Program-made: the position numbers and the translations under genes
Origin: Haloquadratum walsbyi C23
GTDB taxonomy: Archaea; Halobacteriota; Halobacteria; Halobacteriales; Haloferacaceae
NCBI RefSeq assembly: GCF_000237865.1
Contig: NC_017459.1
Coordinates: forward strand, 1,230,001 to 1,262,000
DNA: 32,000 nucleotides
Direction: 5' to 3'
In this document: piece after piece, positions 17,629 through 26,493 of the stretch
Layout of the letters: each line of letters opens with the position of its first letter
Position numbering within the stretch: position 1 is the stretch's first letter
The notes under the pieces: generated by a model
Told to the model about the DNA's origin: nothing
The model's database searches: none
Seen by the model: the letters and a program-made list of their open reading frames with translations, nothing else

Positions 17629-17994
17629 ATAAAAACGAGCAATCGACAGTGCGGAATCGATGCCAAAGGAAAATCACGTAATACTGAGTCTGTCAGTCTT
17701 ACGTATCAAATAGTTGTATAATCAATAATTATCAATCACTCACTATAAGCTAAGCCTCTGACATTCATCATAGACACTGTCGTGTGGATACAACGGATAA
17801 TTGATAAAATATTATTCTTATTCGATATTGCACAATCGCTTGCTAGCCGCTTCAGAATCATTTAATCAATTATCTGATGAACAGGCGCAATCCCACGCAG
17901 ACCGTGGATACGCGCCATCACTTGGGAATCTATCCACGTGATGTGACCACGCTAAGATGTGAACGCTCACAGTGAACTATGTAGGAAACACACT

Positions 17995-18310
17995 AAAAAC
18001 AGAGCGATTCCCCGCGCAGTCCTGCGATGGCGACCTGCCCGCCCACGGTACCCAAGCGATTATCGGAACCAGTCGATACCCAGCGTATTCTCATAGAAAC
18101 TGACTGGAGTTGACTACTGGAAGCAGACACGCAGTAACTCCGAGTCCGCTGATGTTGACTCGACTCTCGCCGGGCAACACCAGCTCCGAGGGTCGGTGGG
18201 ACTGCACCCTGCAATCTCCAACACTCCCACGGAGGAAACCGCGCCGTTCACAGCGCGGAGGATGTCATGCTCTAGAATCCAGAGAAACCCAGTAAGTGAT
18301 CTTACCACAA
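17995..18310 (-). ncRNA. Candidate structured non-coding RNA of unknown class. Strand is tentative.
   Basis: About 58% GC by my hand count over 18001-18300, against about 30% in 17701-17760. No protein-like ORF. Dense hairpins:
- 18148-18184, a 10-bp stem capped by GGC-GAGA-GUC when read on the minus strand;
- 18106-18141;
- 18239-18258;
- 18292-18305.
The two G:U pairs in the 18148-18184 helix exist only on the minus strand. On the minus strand there is a T5 run at 17995-17999 and an AT-rich TATA-like box at about 18321-18333. Confidence 0.4.
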
Positions 18311-18349
18311 TTCACTCTATTGAAATACATAAACAATACATACATAACA

Positions 18350-20584
18350 TCATGACTGTGGCGGGACATTCTGTCCAAGTAGTGATGGAGTCTTGAGCAC
18401 TGCCACTGTCTCAACGTTAACAGTAACAATATCTTCAGATGGTGTTGTATCCACGCTGATATCATTACCAGTAAACTGGTCTGTCGTATCAACAACTGCC
18501 CGAAGGTCCACGTATCGGGACTCTTCAGCGAAATTAATGATAATTACTCGCTTCGGCTCATTCATCCCCGCGTTTCGAGCGAAGACAAGCACGTCCGTGG
18601 GTGTCTCACTCCGGTGAGCGACTCGGGTGAGTTTTGATTTCACCCCAAACACTGGTGAGTCGTGATACAGCGCGATAAGACGCTGATAGAAGGCAAAGTG
18701 CTCTGTAGGAAGTGTCGACCAGTTTATGAACGCTCGCTTATATGGATCTGACTCGATATCATCGCTTTGGGTCGGGTCGTCCGGATATGCAGCCTCTCGA
18801 CGCTGACCATGCTTAGTGATCAATCGCTCCTGCCCATAATATACCATTGGAATCCCCGGAAGCATGACTGCTGCTGCCATTGCCGCTCGCTGGATTTTCT
18901 CTGCAGCGGGTCGTTGAGCAAGCATCGCCTGATAGGTTAATCGAGCTTCATCATGGTTCTCCGTCGCATTGAGTAAGTGAGTATGTTGTGGGAATCCATC
19001 GTTTCTGCGGGCTGCAATATCGGCGAGGAGATCTGTTGGTGACCGTTTCCCCTGTGCGATTGCATGCACAGATCGCATGAATCCTGACGTATCAAAATGA
19101 CAATCGAACTCCGAGGCGGCAAAGCGAGCCTTGCGCGGGATTGCTTCATCAAGCAGGAAAAACTCAGAATTCTGTGCCCGAACTCGCTCACGAACCTCTA
19201 CCCAAAAACTGTGCGGTACTCCCCATGCAATATCACACCGAAATCCATCAACCCGCCGAGCCCAGAATTCGATGCTAGCGAGGATATGTTCCCGAAGCGC
19301 AACATTACCAAAATTAAGATTTGGCTGATATCTCACATCAAAGAAACTTGTCTGTGCAGGGGCAGCATCGTGTTTATTCCCTCTTTGCTGGCGGTCAAAC
19401 CAATCAAAATACTTTGAGTTGGTATTCCAGGATGTAATATCCGGAAAGGTGCTGATATCATCTGAATCCGAATCAGTATCTAACTTAGCAACAGTGTCCT
19501 GAAAAAACGTATGCGGCCATCCACAGTGATTAATGACAAGATCAAAACAGACGCGAATATCATGATCATGACATTCCTCAACAAATGTTTCAAATTCCGC
19601 CAGCGTACCTAAATCATCAGCAATATCAAAATAATTGGTTGCGCTATACCCATGTGGTCCGCCTGGAGCACGGTCCACGGTTGGGCTCCATGCGGGAACA
19701 ATTGGGGTCAGCCATACAACATCAATACCTAAAGAGCTCAGATATGATACTCGTTTACTCAGCGTTTCAAATGTGGTTTCACCGGGGGTCCCTGCAAATG
19801 AACGAGTGAAAATCTCATATATTACGGCATTGTCGAGCCAATCAGGTGGACGATTTGGGAGTGAAACTGTCTTTGTTTCAGGGTCAAGACATATTTGATC
19901 CCGCACACCGACACACTGACCATCGAAAGGGGCAGCATACACATTTGTTGGAGAACTTAGTGCCGTAATTGGAATCTGTGCTTTTGTTTCAGTTATATTG
20001 ATATCCTCAGCATCAAGCTCACTCGCATCGTGTGGGAGAAACTCAACGATAAGATCTGAGTCACGTGCCTCACTATTGGGTGCAAGTGCCGGATGTGACT
20101 CAATTACAAATGATTCTATCTCTGCATCATAATACCCATCAAGACTAATACGTGGGGGAGAAGCATTATCCGCTATATCATCCGCTTTTTGATGCTTACC
20201 TGGACTGTCGAATACATGGATCGTCAATTCATGTGTCGTATCAGGAGCTTTCAATTCAATTGTATACGTTCCTGGTTCATCTGGATTGAACTCAGCGGTG
20301 TTGTGTAATCCATGGTCGTAACGCTCTCGATGGTCGTATGGGCTCAATGCATGCTCAATTGTGGCTGTACTCTGTGGTGGTCGAGTAATGACACGCCAGC
20401 TAAACGCATCCGAATCATAGTTTTCAGGATCTTTATTCGGCTGACCTGATATTGTCGGAGCAAGATTATCACGATCGAATCCATGTTCCGTATCAACAAA
20501 TATTGGATCGACAATACAATCACTGCAGGAAAGAAAACGAGGTGGTCCAGGATGATGACCCCCATGAGGCGTCTGACCCGACAT
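18350..20584 (-). CDS. Alpha-amylase family glycoside hydrolase (GH13) with an N-terminal extension of about 270 aa.
   Basis: GH13 conserved regions: DVVWLTPIV, DGFRCDIAWGVP (nucleophile Asp), FFLLDEAIP (acid/base Glu), ATENHDEARL (NHD). No signal peptide. Confidence 0.88.
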   Translation of the reverse strand: MSGQTPHGGHHPGPPRFLSCSDCIVDPIFVDTEHGFDRDNLAPTISGQPNKDPENYDSDAFSWRVITRPPQSTATIEHALSPYDHRERYDHGLHNTAEFNPDEPGTYTIELKAPDTTHELTIHVFDSPGKHQKADDIADNASPPRISLDGYYDAEIESFVIESHPALAPNSEARDSDLIVEFLPHDASELDAEDINITETKAQIPITALSSPTNVYAAPFDGQCVGVRDQICLDPETKTVSLPNRPPDWLDNAVIYEIFTRSFAGTPGETTFETLSKRVSYLSSLGIDVVWLTPIVPAWSPTVDRAPGGPHGYSATNYFDIADDLGTLAEFETFVEECHDHDIRVCFDLVINHCGWPHTFFQDTVAKLDTDSDSDDISTFPDITSWNTNSKYFDWFDRQQRGNKHDAAPAQTSFFDVRYQPNLNFGNVALREHILASIEFWARRVDGFRCDIAWGVPHSFWVEVRERVRAQNSEFFLLDEAIPRKARFAASEFDCHFDTSGFMRSVHAIAQGKRSPTDLLADIAARRNDGFPQHTHLLNATENHDEARLTYQAMLAQRPAAEKIQRAAMAAAVMLPGIPMVYYGQERLITKHGQRREAAYPDDPTQSDDIESDPYKRAFINWSTLPTEHFAFYQRLIALYHDSPVFGVKSKLTRVAHRSETPTDVLVFARNAGMNEPKRVIIINFAEESRYVDLRAVVDTTDQFTGNDISVDTTPSEDIVTVNVETVAVLKTPSLLGQNVPPQS

Positions 20585-20713
20585 TACTCATTCACCAGGG
20601 TGAGAAAACGCTTGATACTTTGGAATCAGAGTTTGGCTTTATGACTTGGATAGTAATTTCACTTTTATGATCTCTGTTGCCTATCCATTATTATAGAATA
20701 CAAGCGCGGGAGG

Positions 20714-20947
20714 ATGTCAATCAATGGCTATCGAGAGGCTGAGACGGTTCATCGAATCGTCGAGCATACACATATACATGAGATATATACATGTGATAGT
20801 CATGTGCGGGACTATCTCTCAACTCTCAATTGTGATTACTTCGAGTCTTTAGCACCGTGGCGATCCATATCAATGACTGGAGTCGCTGAAAATGCACCTT
20901 CCGGCACCGTCAATGGAACTATTCGCCTTAATCAGTATCAATTGTGA
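20714..20947 (+). CDS. Hypothetical 77-aa protein (weak call).
   Basis: ATG at 20714 is preceded by gggagg, with an attata box about 25 nt upstream. No recognisable motif. The last 10 nt overlap the convergent xseB end. Confidence 0.25.
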   Translation: MSINGYREAETVHRIVEHTHIHEIYTCDSHVRDYLSTLNCDYFESLAPWRSISMTGVAENAPSGTVNGTIRLNQYQL

Positions 20948-21150
20948 TTTTCTGATCGCTCGATAATCTTTCCCTCGCCAAGATCAAACTCATCTTCAAG
21001 TGCTTTGAGGATACGCTCTCCCTCAGTGTGTAACTGCTGTGCTCGCTCTAATGAGATATCACCACCCTCAAGTTCGGTGATAATAGCTTCAAGACGCTCA
21101 ATCTGTGCCGTGATTGACTCATCGCTTGTGTGTGTTTGGTTATCGCTCAT
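20938..21150 (-). CDS. xseB: Exodeoxyribonuclease VII small subunit.
   Basis: 70 aa. IERLEAIITELEGGDISLERAQQLHTEGERILKALE is a typical XseB helical hairpin. The start overlaps the xseA stop (ATGA at 21147-21150). Confidence 0.85.
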   Translation of the reverse strand: MSDNQTHTSDESITAQIERLEAIITELEGGDISLERAQQLHTEGERILKALEDEFDLGEGKIIERSENHN

Positions 21151-22325
21151 ATATTACCAGTAATCAATATGATTGCTACCACAAGTAATATACTTAACAC
21201 TCCGATTATGAGCCGCTGTCGTTGAATCGTACGCTCATATGGCTTGATCATTTTGGCTCTCTCACGCTCGTGTGCCTTCTGTTGTTTAACCGTTTCATAT
21301 GCAGTATTAAGACGGTTGGACACCGATCGAAGTTCGTCTGTAACCTGACGATCATACGCGCTGTTTAGGCGGTCATGCTTCTGTTCAATTGCTTGTTTGA
21401 CTGTGTTGGTATACGCATGATTAAGATCGGCAGAGAGTCGTTCAAGTTCTTCCTGCAACCCGTCTTTTTCTGGAACAGTCTTGCCAACCTCAGTCGGTGT
21501 CATAACGCGTGTATCTGCGACTGCCCCAGCAAGCGTTCGGTCCGTCTCATGACCAACACCAACCACAATGGGCGTTGTTGTCTCATGAATCACACGACAT
21601 AATGGGATTTCATTGAATACCCGAAGATGCTTTTCTGCACCACCGCCACGAGTCAGGATAATTAATTTGATACGTGCATTATCGTCAAGACTGCTGATTG
21701 CATCCATCAACGAGACTAATGCGTTGTTTCCTTGAACGCTCGTATCTTGAACAGTGATATTAACGTCTGGATACTGATCATGGATGCTTGTCACGGCATC
21801 CTGACGAGCGTCACTGTCACCGCTAGTTGCAATCCCAATATGCTTCGGCAAATATGGAAGTGATTGCTTGGCTGATTCATCAAGATAGCCACTTTCTGCG
21901 AGTGTCTGTTTATTTTCCTGATATGTCTGCTGATATATCCCCTGTCCGACCGCAATTATATCTCGAACAATAATCGAGACGCTTCCTTCACTTTCATAAT
22001 AAGAAATATCTCCACTCACCGCGGCTAAGATTCCTTGCTCAATATCATTTTGAAGCTTGTCTACTCGAGAGCGAAATATAACACAGTGAAGTGATGAATC
22101 CTCATGAACCAAATCAAAGTGACCATGACCATTCGAGGAGATACTGTAATCGGAGATATCTCCAAGAATATATTCATGCTCAATCGCCGGACTTCCTTCG
22201 ACAAGATCCCCAATCTGCGTATTTATATCATTCACAAACGCAATATCTTCACTGCCGAGTTCTCTCCGCAATGAGGCGTGGTCATTCAGCTTCTTTGTAT
22301 CACCACTCTCCGACTCAATGCCCAT
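21147..22325 (-). CDS. xseA: Exodeoxyribonuclease VII large subunit, with a C-terminal hydrophobic tail.
   Basis: N-terminal OB-fold segment (GHGHFDLVHEDSSLHCVIFRS), catalytic core (IGIATSGDSDARQD, LTRGGGA, VGVGHETD), coiled-coil C-terminus. Coupled to xseB. The track start at 22349 is GTG; ATG is at 22325. Confidence 0.85.
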   Translation of the reverse strand: MGIESESGDTKKLNDHASLRRELGSEDIAFVNDINTQIGDLVEGSPAIEHEYILGDISDYSISSNGHGHFDLVHEDSSLHCVIFRSRVDKLQNDIEQGILAAVSGDISYYESEGSVSIIVRDIIAVGQGIYQQTYQENKQTLAESGYLDESAKQSLPYLPKHIGIATSGDSDARQDAVTSIHDQYPDVNITVQDTSVQGNNALVSLMDAISSLDDNARIKLIILTRGGGAEKHLRVFNEIPLCRVIHETTTPIVVGVGHETDRTLAGAVADTRVMTPTEVGKTVPEKDGLQEELERLSADLNHAYTNTVKQAIEQKHDRLNSAYDRQVTDELRSVSNRLNTAYETVKQQKAHERERAKMIKPYERTIQRQRLIIGVLSILLVVAIILITGNI

Positions 22326-22607
22326 ATTTAGAGCATAATGGAGTCTCACTCAAAAATATCTGGATAGTGGTGATATGAGAGATTTTCAGTACATACCCGA
22401 AGCTCATGAAGTCACAGCATCATCGTATGAACTATTTTCTCTATGTCATCTCACCTTTCTCAAACGGTATGGTTAATCACGATTGAGTCTTTGATACCAG
22501 AGAGACTAGGAGTGTCATACTATCATCCTCTATTGAGCGTCGAGAAGCGATGATTTGAGGTTATATCTGCTTTCTGCATTCTGCTTGCCTAAGATTATAA
22601 ATAAGAT

Positions 22608-22616
22608 CGATTTATC
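22608..22616 (+). promoter_or_regulatory. Candidate BRE/TATA element (cgatttatc) for a leaderless transcript of the DUF1611 gene.
   Basis: TTTATC starts 30 nt upstream of the ATG at 22641. That is the spacing expected for haloarchaeal leaderless mRNAs. Sequence pattern only. Confidence 0.3.
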
Positions 22617-22640
22617 TCAGTTTAGAGGTATATAATATAT

Positions 22641-23657
22641 ATGCGTATTGCGATACTTGCACATGAACAGTTCCCAAACCACGCGAAGACCGCCATTGGA
22701 ATTCTTCGGTATAGCGATCACAATGTCGTTGCGGTTCTTGACAGAACAAAGATAGGCGAACGCGTTTGTGATTATGTCTCAGATGTTCAAGACGCGCCTA
22801 TCATTGAAGAAATGAGTCAAGTCTCCAGTGAAGTTGATGCACTGAGTATCGGCATTGCCCCGATTGGTGGTGATTTTGATTCCACGTGGCGTTCTGATAT
22901 CCAAGACGCGCTTATTAATGGCTGTGACATCATTAATGGACTCCATTACTTTTTAGAAGATGACAAACGTATTTCTCGCCTCGCTGATGAACATAACTGT
23001 GAGATATGGGATGTTCGTAAGCCCCCAGATGATTTGACCGTCAGCGATGGCACTGCAGACAATGTCGACGCTACGGTTGTTCTTACAGTCGGCACAGATT
23101 GTTCATCGGGAAAAATGACCACTTCATTTGAACTTCTACAGGCGGCTCGTGATCAGGGAATCGATGCAGCCGTTATCCCGACCGGTCAGACTGGTGTTAT
23201 GATCACAGACCGGGGGATTGTTGTTGATGGTGTCATTTCAGACTTTGCTGCTGGCGCAGTTGAGCGTATGATCAAGCAGGTAGCTGCTGAGAATGATCTT
23301 ATTATCGTTGAAGGACAGGGGTCGATTGCTCACCCTGCATACTCAGGCGTGACGACAAGTATTCTCCACGGAGCAATGCCAGACGGACTTATCCTCTGTC
23401 ATGCTGCCAACCGCGAAGCTATCCGAGGATATGACCATATCTCGCTTCCACCGATTGATGAATATACCAGAACTTATGAACAACTTTCTGGACTCGTATC
23501 ACCAGCGAAGGTCGTTGCAGGTGCGATCAATACGCATCATATCGAAGAGGCAAAAGCACGTACGGCGGTTGCAGATTATGCTGCTGCTATTGATGCGCCT
23601 GCCACGGATCCAGTTCGATTTGATGCAACAAAGATTCTCAATGCGGTGCTCAAATGA
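22641..23657 (+). CDS. DUF1611-family protein (DgcN-like putative D-glutamate N-acetyltransferase, COG3367).
   Basis: 338 aa. VLTVGTDCSSGKMTTSFEL is the P-loop-like GTDC..GK.TT hallmark of DUF1611. Also IVEGQGS..HPAYSGV. Confidence 0.8.
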   Translation: MRIAILAHEQFPNHAKTAIGILRYSDHNVVAVLDRTKIGERVCDYVSDVQDAPIIEEMSQVSSEVDALSIGIAPIGGDFDSTWRSDIQDALINGCDIINGLHYFLEDDKRISRLADEHNCEIWDVRKPPDDLTVSDGTADNVDATVVLTVGTDCSSGKMTTSFELLQAARDQGIDAAVIPTGQTGVMITDRGIVVDGVISDFAAGAVERMIKQVAAENDLIIVEGQGSIAHPAYSGVTTSILHGAMPDGLILCHAANREAIRGYDHISLPPIDEYTRTYEQLSGLVSPAKVVAGAINTHHIEEAKARTAVADYAAAIDAPATDPVRFDATKILNAVLK

Positions 23658-24697
23658 AAACCTCATTCAATCAAATCAGTCTCAATATCACGGGCAGTTT
23701 CAATATCGCTCGAGGAACAACTGAAAGAGTCGAAATCACTCTTATCAGAATTCAAGATGAGAATGGGCATATCGGCATTGGTGGGGCTACACCTACAGCG
23801 TATTATGGTGAAACCGCAGCCACGATGCGAGCTATTCTGCCGGAGTTTCTTGAGATTATTGAAAGTCATGGCATGGAACCGCGCCATGCTATCGAGCAGC
23901 GTCTCTATAATCACGTCAGAGGGAATCCAGCCGCTCGCGCTGCTGTTTCAACGGCATTGGCTGACATAGCTGGCAAGCGAGCAGACATGCCCCTCTATGA
24001 GCTCTGGGGGTTAGATCCAACTGATATCCCGAAAACCTCATACACAATCAGTTTAGATACCCCTCGTGCAATGCAAGCGAAGGCAGAAACGGCAGTAAAC
24101 AACGGATTTGATATTTTGAAGCTGAAGCTTGGTCATGATAATGAGCGTAATCACAAGCGGATAGCAGCAGTCCGTCAAGCAACACCCGATGCACAAATTC
24201 GGGCTGATGCCAATGCTGCATTGACATCACAACAGGCTGTTGAGATATCTGACATCCTGGCTAATTATGATATTGAATTTCTCGAACAACCGGTGCCTGC
24301 TGACGATATTGACGGGTTACAATTCGTTCAAGCGTACGGGAGCGTTCCAGTTGCAGCTGATGAGTCAGTTATTACAGCCGCAGACGTTTCTCGGGTGTCC
24401 GATGCAGTCGATATCATTGTTGCAAAGCTCATGAAATGCGGCACTCTCCGCGAGGTGCGTCGGATCGCTGCTGTCGCTGATGCTGTAAATTGTGAGTCAA
24501 TGCTTGGCTGTATGGTCGAATCAAACGTATCAATCGCAGCGGCTTGGAATCTTGCTCCCCTATTCGATTATGTCGATCTCGATGGATCACTGTTATTATC
24601 TGAGGATCCTATTGGCGGGATCCCAATGGATGGTAATGCCGCAAATTTATCAGCGCTTGATCGATCGGGAACATGTGCTGTTGATACCGTCGAATAA
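23654..24697 (+). CDS. Enolase-superfamily dipeptide epimerase / N-acyl amino acid racemase (L-Ala-D/L-Glu epimerase-like, DgcA-like).
   Basis: ILKLKLG (KxK), IRADANA (metal Asp), FLEQP (Glu), AADES (Asp-Glu) and KLMKCG (second catalytic Lys) give the MLE-subgroup pattern. ATGA overlap with the upstream gene at 23654-23657. Confidence 0.82.
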   Translation: MKTSFNQISLNITGSFNIARGTTERVEITLIRIQDENGHIGIGGATPTAYYGETAATMRAILPEFLEIIESHGMEPRHAIEQRLYNHVRGNPAARAAVSTALADIAGKRADMPLYELWGLDPTDIPKTSYTISLDTPRAMQAKAETAVNNGFDILKLKLGHDNERNHKRIAAVRQATPDAQIRADANAALTSQQAVEISDILANYDIEFLEQPVPADDIDGLQFVQAYGSVPVAADESVITAADVSRVSDAVDIIVAKLMKCGTLREVRRIAAVADAVNCESMLGCMVESNVSIAAAWNLAPLFDYVDLDGSLLLSEDPIGGIPMDGNAANLSALDRSGTCAVDTVE

Positions 24698-25192
24698 TAA
24701 CCATTCAATCATAAATTGAATTATGATATTTGCCGCTATGCTATTATAAAGTACATATCAATAGCCGTTTTTGGATCATATATTTATAGCCTTGCCAAAA
24801 TAATAGCAAAATTCTGTGATATTATACCCTATATTTGAATTTATCTACGAATCATGTAATTTTGATACTGTGCGATGATTTATGAATAAATGGGATGAGT
24901 TGTATTAATCTGATGAGAAAGTAATATTCAATAACGGGCATTTACTGATTAACTTGACTTGAGTAGACGTTCTCTCTTTGTATATGTGAGTATGTTTTGT
25001 TGTTTCCTCACTTACTGAAATTTCATATCTTGCGTGTCGTAGCTTGAAATATAGATGTAATATACCGGCGGTGAATTACAATACCAGCTTTACCGTGATG
25101 AAGAGCATAAATACAGTCACTTGTCATGTTCAATTGTCGAATCGAATGGTGTAACACGCCTAACGCTGTCCAAGTCATTCGATGATATATTA

Positions 25193-25270
25193 GTCTGCGT
25201 CGTGAACTCACCCCTGGGGCAGTCGCCTTGACCGCCTGTACAATTATCCTTGATGTCGGGTCATGAGCGA
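25193..25270. repeat. Dispersed copy of the GTGAACTCAC repeat family.
   Basis: gtgaactcacccctggggcagtcgccttgaccgcctgtacaa (25202-25243) aligns with gtgaactcacctcggggtagttgccttgaccgcctgtatacaa (4049-4091) at roughly 85-90% identity. Weaker similarity continues for about 25 nt on each side. It lies about 50 nt upstream of the RNase Z start. Confidence 0.75.
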
Positions 25271-25315
25271 TGTGTGATGCATATGATTTAGTCATGTGGA
25301 TGTATAGACTGAGGT

Positions 25316-26230
25316 ATGCAGGTTACTGCTATTGGGACAAGCGGTGGTGTTCCCACCTCTCAATACGGGACAAGTTGTATCTATTTGAATGTATTTGGTG
25401 ATAAAATTCTATTTGACTGTGGAGAGGGGTCTCAACAGCGTTTGATGAAATACAATTCATCACCAAACGTTGACGCTGTTTTCATTAGTCACTTTCATGC
25501 CGACCATACGCTCGGGTTGCCTGGACTCATACAAGCTCTTGAGATGGATGAGCGTGAGAGATCCCTTGATATCTATGTCCCAGAACAACGAAGACAACGA
25601 GCAATCGATATGATTACAGGGGCGTATGAATGGCCAAGCTATCCAGTAGAGATACAGGGATATGAGAGCGATGAACCAGCAATTCACACAGAAGACTACA
25701 CTGTTCATCCATTCAAGACTCCCTACACAGAACACTCCCATGGGTTCTCCATACAAGAGGCATCGAAACAGGAATTCCTTGTTGAGAAAGCCCAAGCGCT
25801 CGGTGTTGATCCTGGTCCGAAATATGGAAAACTACAAGATGGACATACCGTTGAGACGGATGATGGAGACACAATCGAACCTGAGGATGTGTTATCAGAC
25901 CCAATGCCTGGAAGAAAAATAGTGTATACTGGAGATACCAGACCATCCGATGCTATTGTTGATGCAGCGTCAAACGCATCGTTGTTAATCTATAGTGCAA
26001 TGTTTACCGAAGCGCAGGCAAAAAGAGCCCATTCGACTGGTCATTCAACCGCGTCAGAAGCAGCTCAAGTGGCGTCAAAATCTAATAGTGAGAAGATCTG
26101 GCTCACGCATATCTCCCCAAGACATGAGGGTGATGAGCAGAAACTCGAATCGCAGGCAAACAAACAATTTGATGGGGAGATTGTGGTCGTCAGAGATGGA
26201 GATTCCACACAAATAACGCAGACTACTTGA
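25316..26230 (+). CDS. rnz: Ribonuclease Z (tRNA 3' endonuclease, metallo-beta-lactamase fold).
   Basis: MQVTAIGTSGGVPT, LFDCGEGSQ, ISHFHADHTLGLPGL (HxHxDH), YTGDTRP and LTHISPR give the RNase Z motif set at the short-form length of 304 aa. Confidence 0.9.
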   Translation: MQVTAIGTSGGVPTSQYGTSCIYLNVFGDKILFDCGEGSQQRLMKYNSSPNVDAVFISHFHADHTLGLPGLIQALEMDERERSLDIYVPEQRRQRAIDMITGAYEWPSYPVEIQGYESDEPAIHTEDYTVHPFKTPYTEHSHGFSIQEASKQEFLVEKAQALGVDPGPKYGKLQDGHTVETDDGDTIEPEDVLSDPMPGRKIVYTGDTRPSDAIVDAASNASLLIYSAMFTEAQAKRAHSTGHSTASEAAQVASKSNSEKIWLTHISPRHEGDEQKLESQANKQFDGEIVVVRDGDSTQITQTT

Positions 26231-26493
26231 AATGTAAGAATGAGATTGATCTGAAAATATATGTGAGCTCTCAGATATTCGTATCGCTTGCGCATCAGTG
26301 TAATCAGCATCGAATATACTATTTATATCATATATCGCTATTCTTCGAGTATAGTTCATTAGTAATTTATTATCTATATGATTCATAGTGATTAGTGCAA
26401 GTCTTTACCGCCGTGATTATCGGTGTCGGTGATGGGAGCCGCTGAATCCGCGTCATTCGACATCGTCAGTGAAACTATTCAAACTAATCACTA

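Noticed and set aside
17873-17920. ctgatga followed by a GC stem (ggcgc...gcgcc), suggesting a hammerhead ribozyme core.
   Set aside because: The stem is followed by atcac rather than the obligatory GAAA. No stem I/III or cleavage-site context is present.
17995-18310. Assigning the structured island outright as 7S/SRP RNA or RNase P RNA.
   Set aside because: The length and T5 terminator fit 7S RNA. However, the helix-8 GGAAGGGAGCA-type motif, a long helix-5 rod and the Alu-domain GUAAC loops are not found. The RNase P GGAAAGUCC and ACAGAACCCGGCUUA motifs are also absent. It is kept as an unclassified candidate.
17993-18396. Five overlapping 61-73-aa track ORFs on both strands in the GC-rich island.
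   Set aside because: They overlap one another and are Arg/Ser/Gly/Pro-rich and basic, as expected for random frames in GC-rich DNA. They have no motifs. The region is better explained as non-coding structured DNA or RNA.
25023-25295. 90-aa minus-strand ORF upstream of RNase Z.
   Set aside because: It spans the dispersed repeat copy and AT-rich spacer. It is strongly basic (many R/H/K) and shares only repeat-derived residues with the equally dubious ORF at 3861-4142.
26392-26463. 23-aa acidic micro-ORF (MSNDADSAAPITDTDNHGGKDLH) just downstream of the orphan gene.
   Set aside because: It is too short to support without conservation or expression data, and no motif is present.
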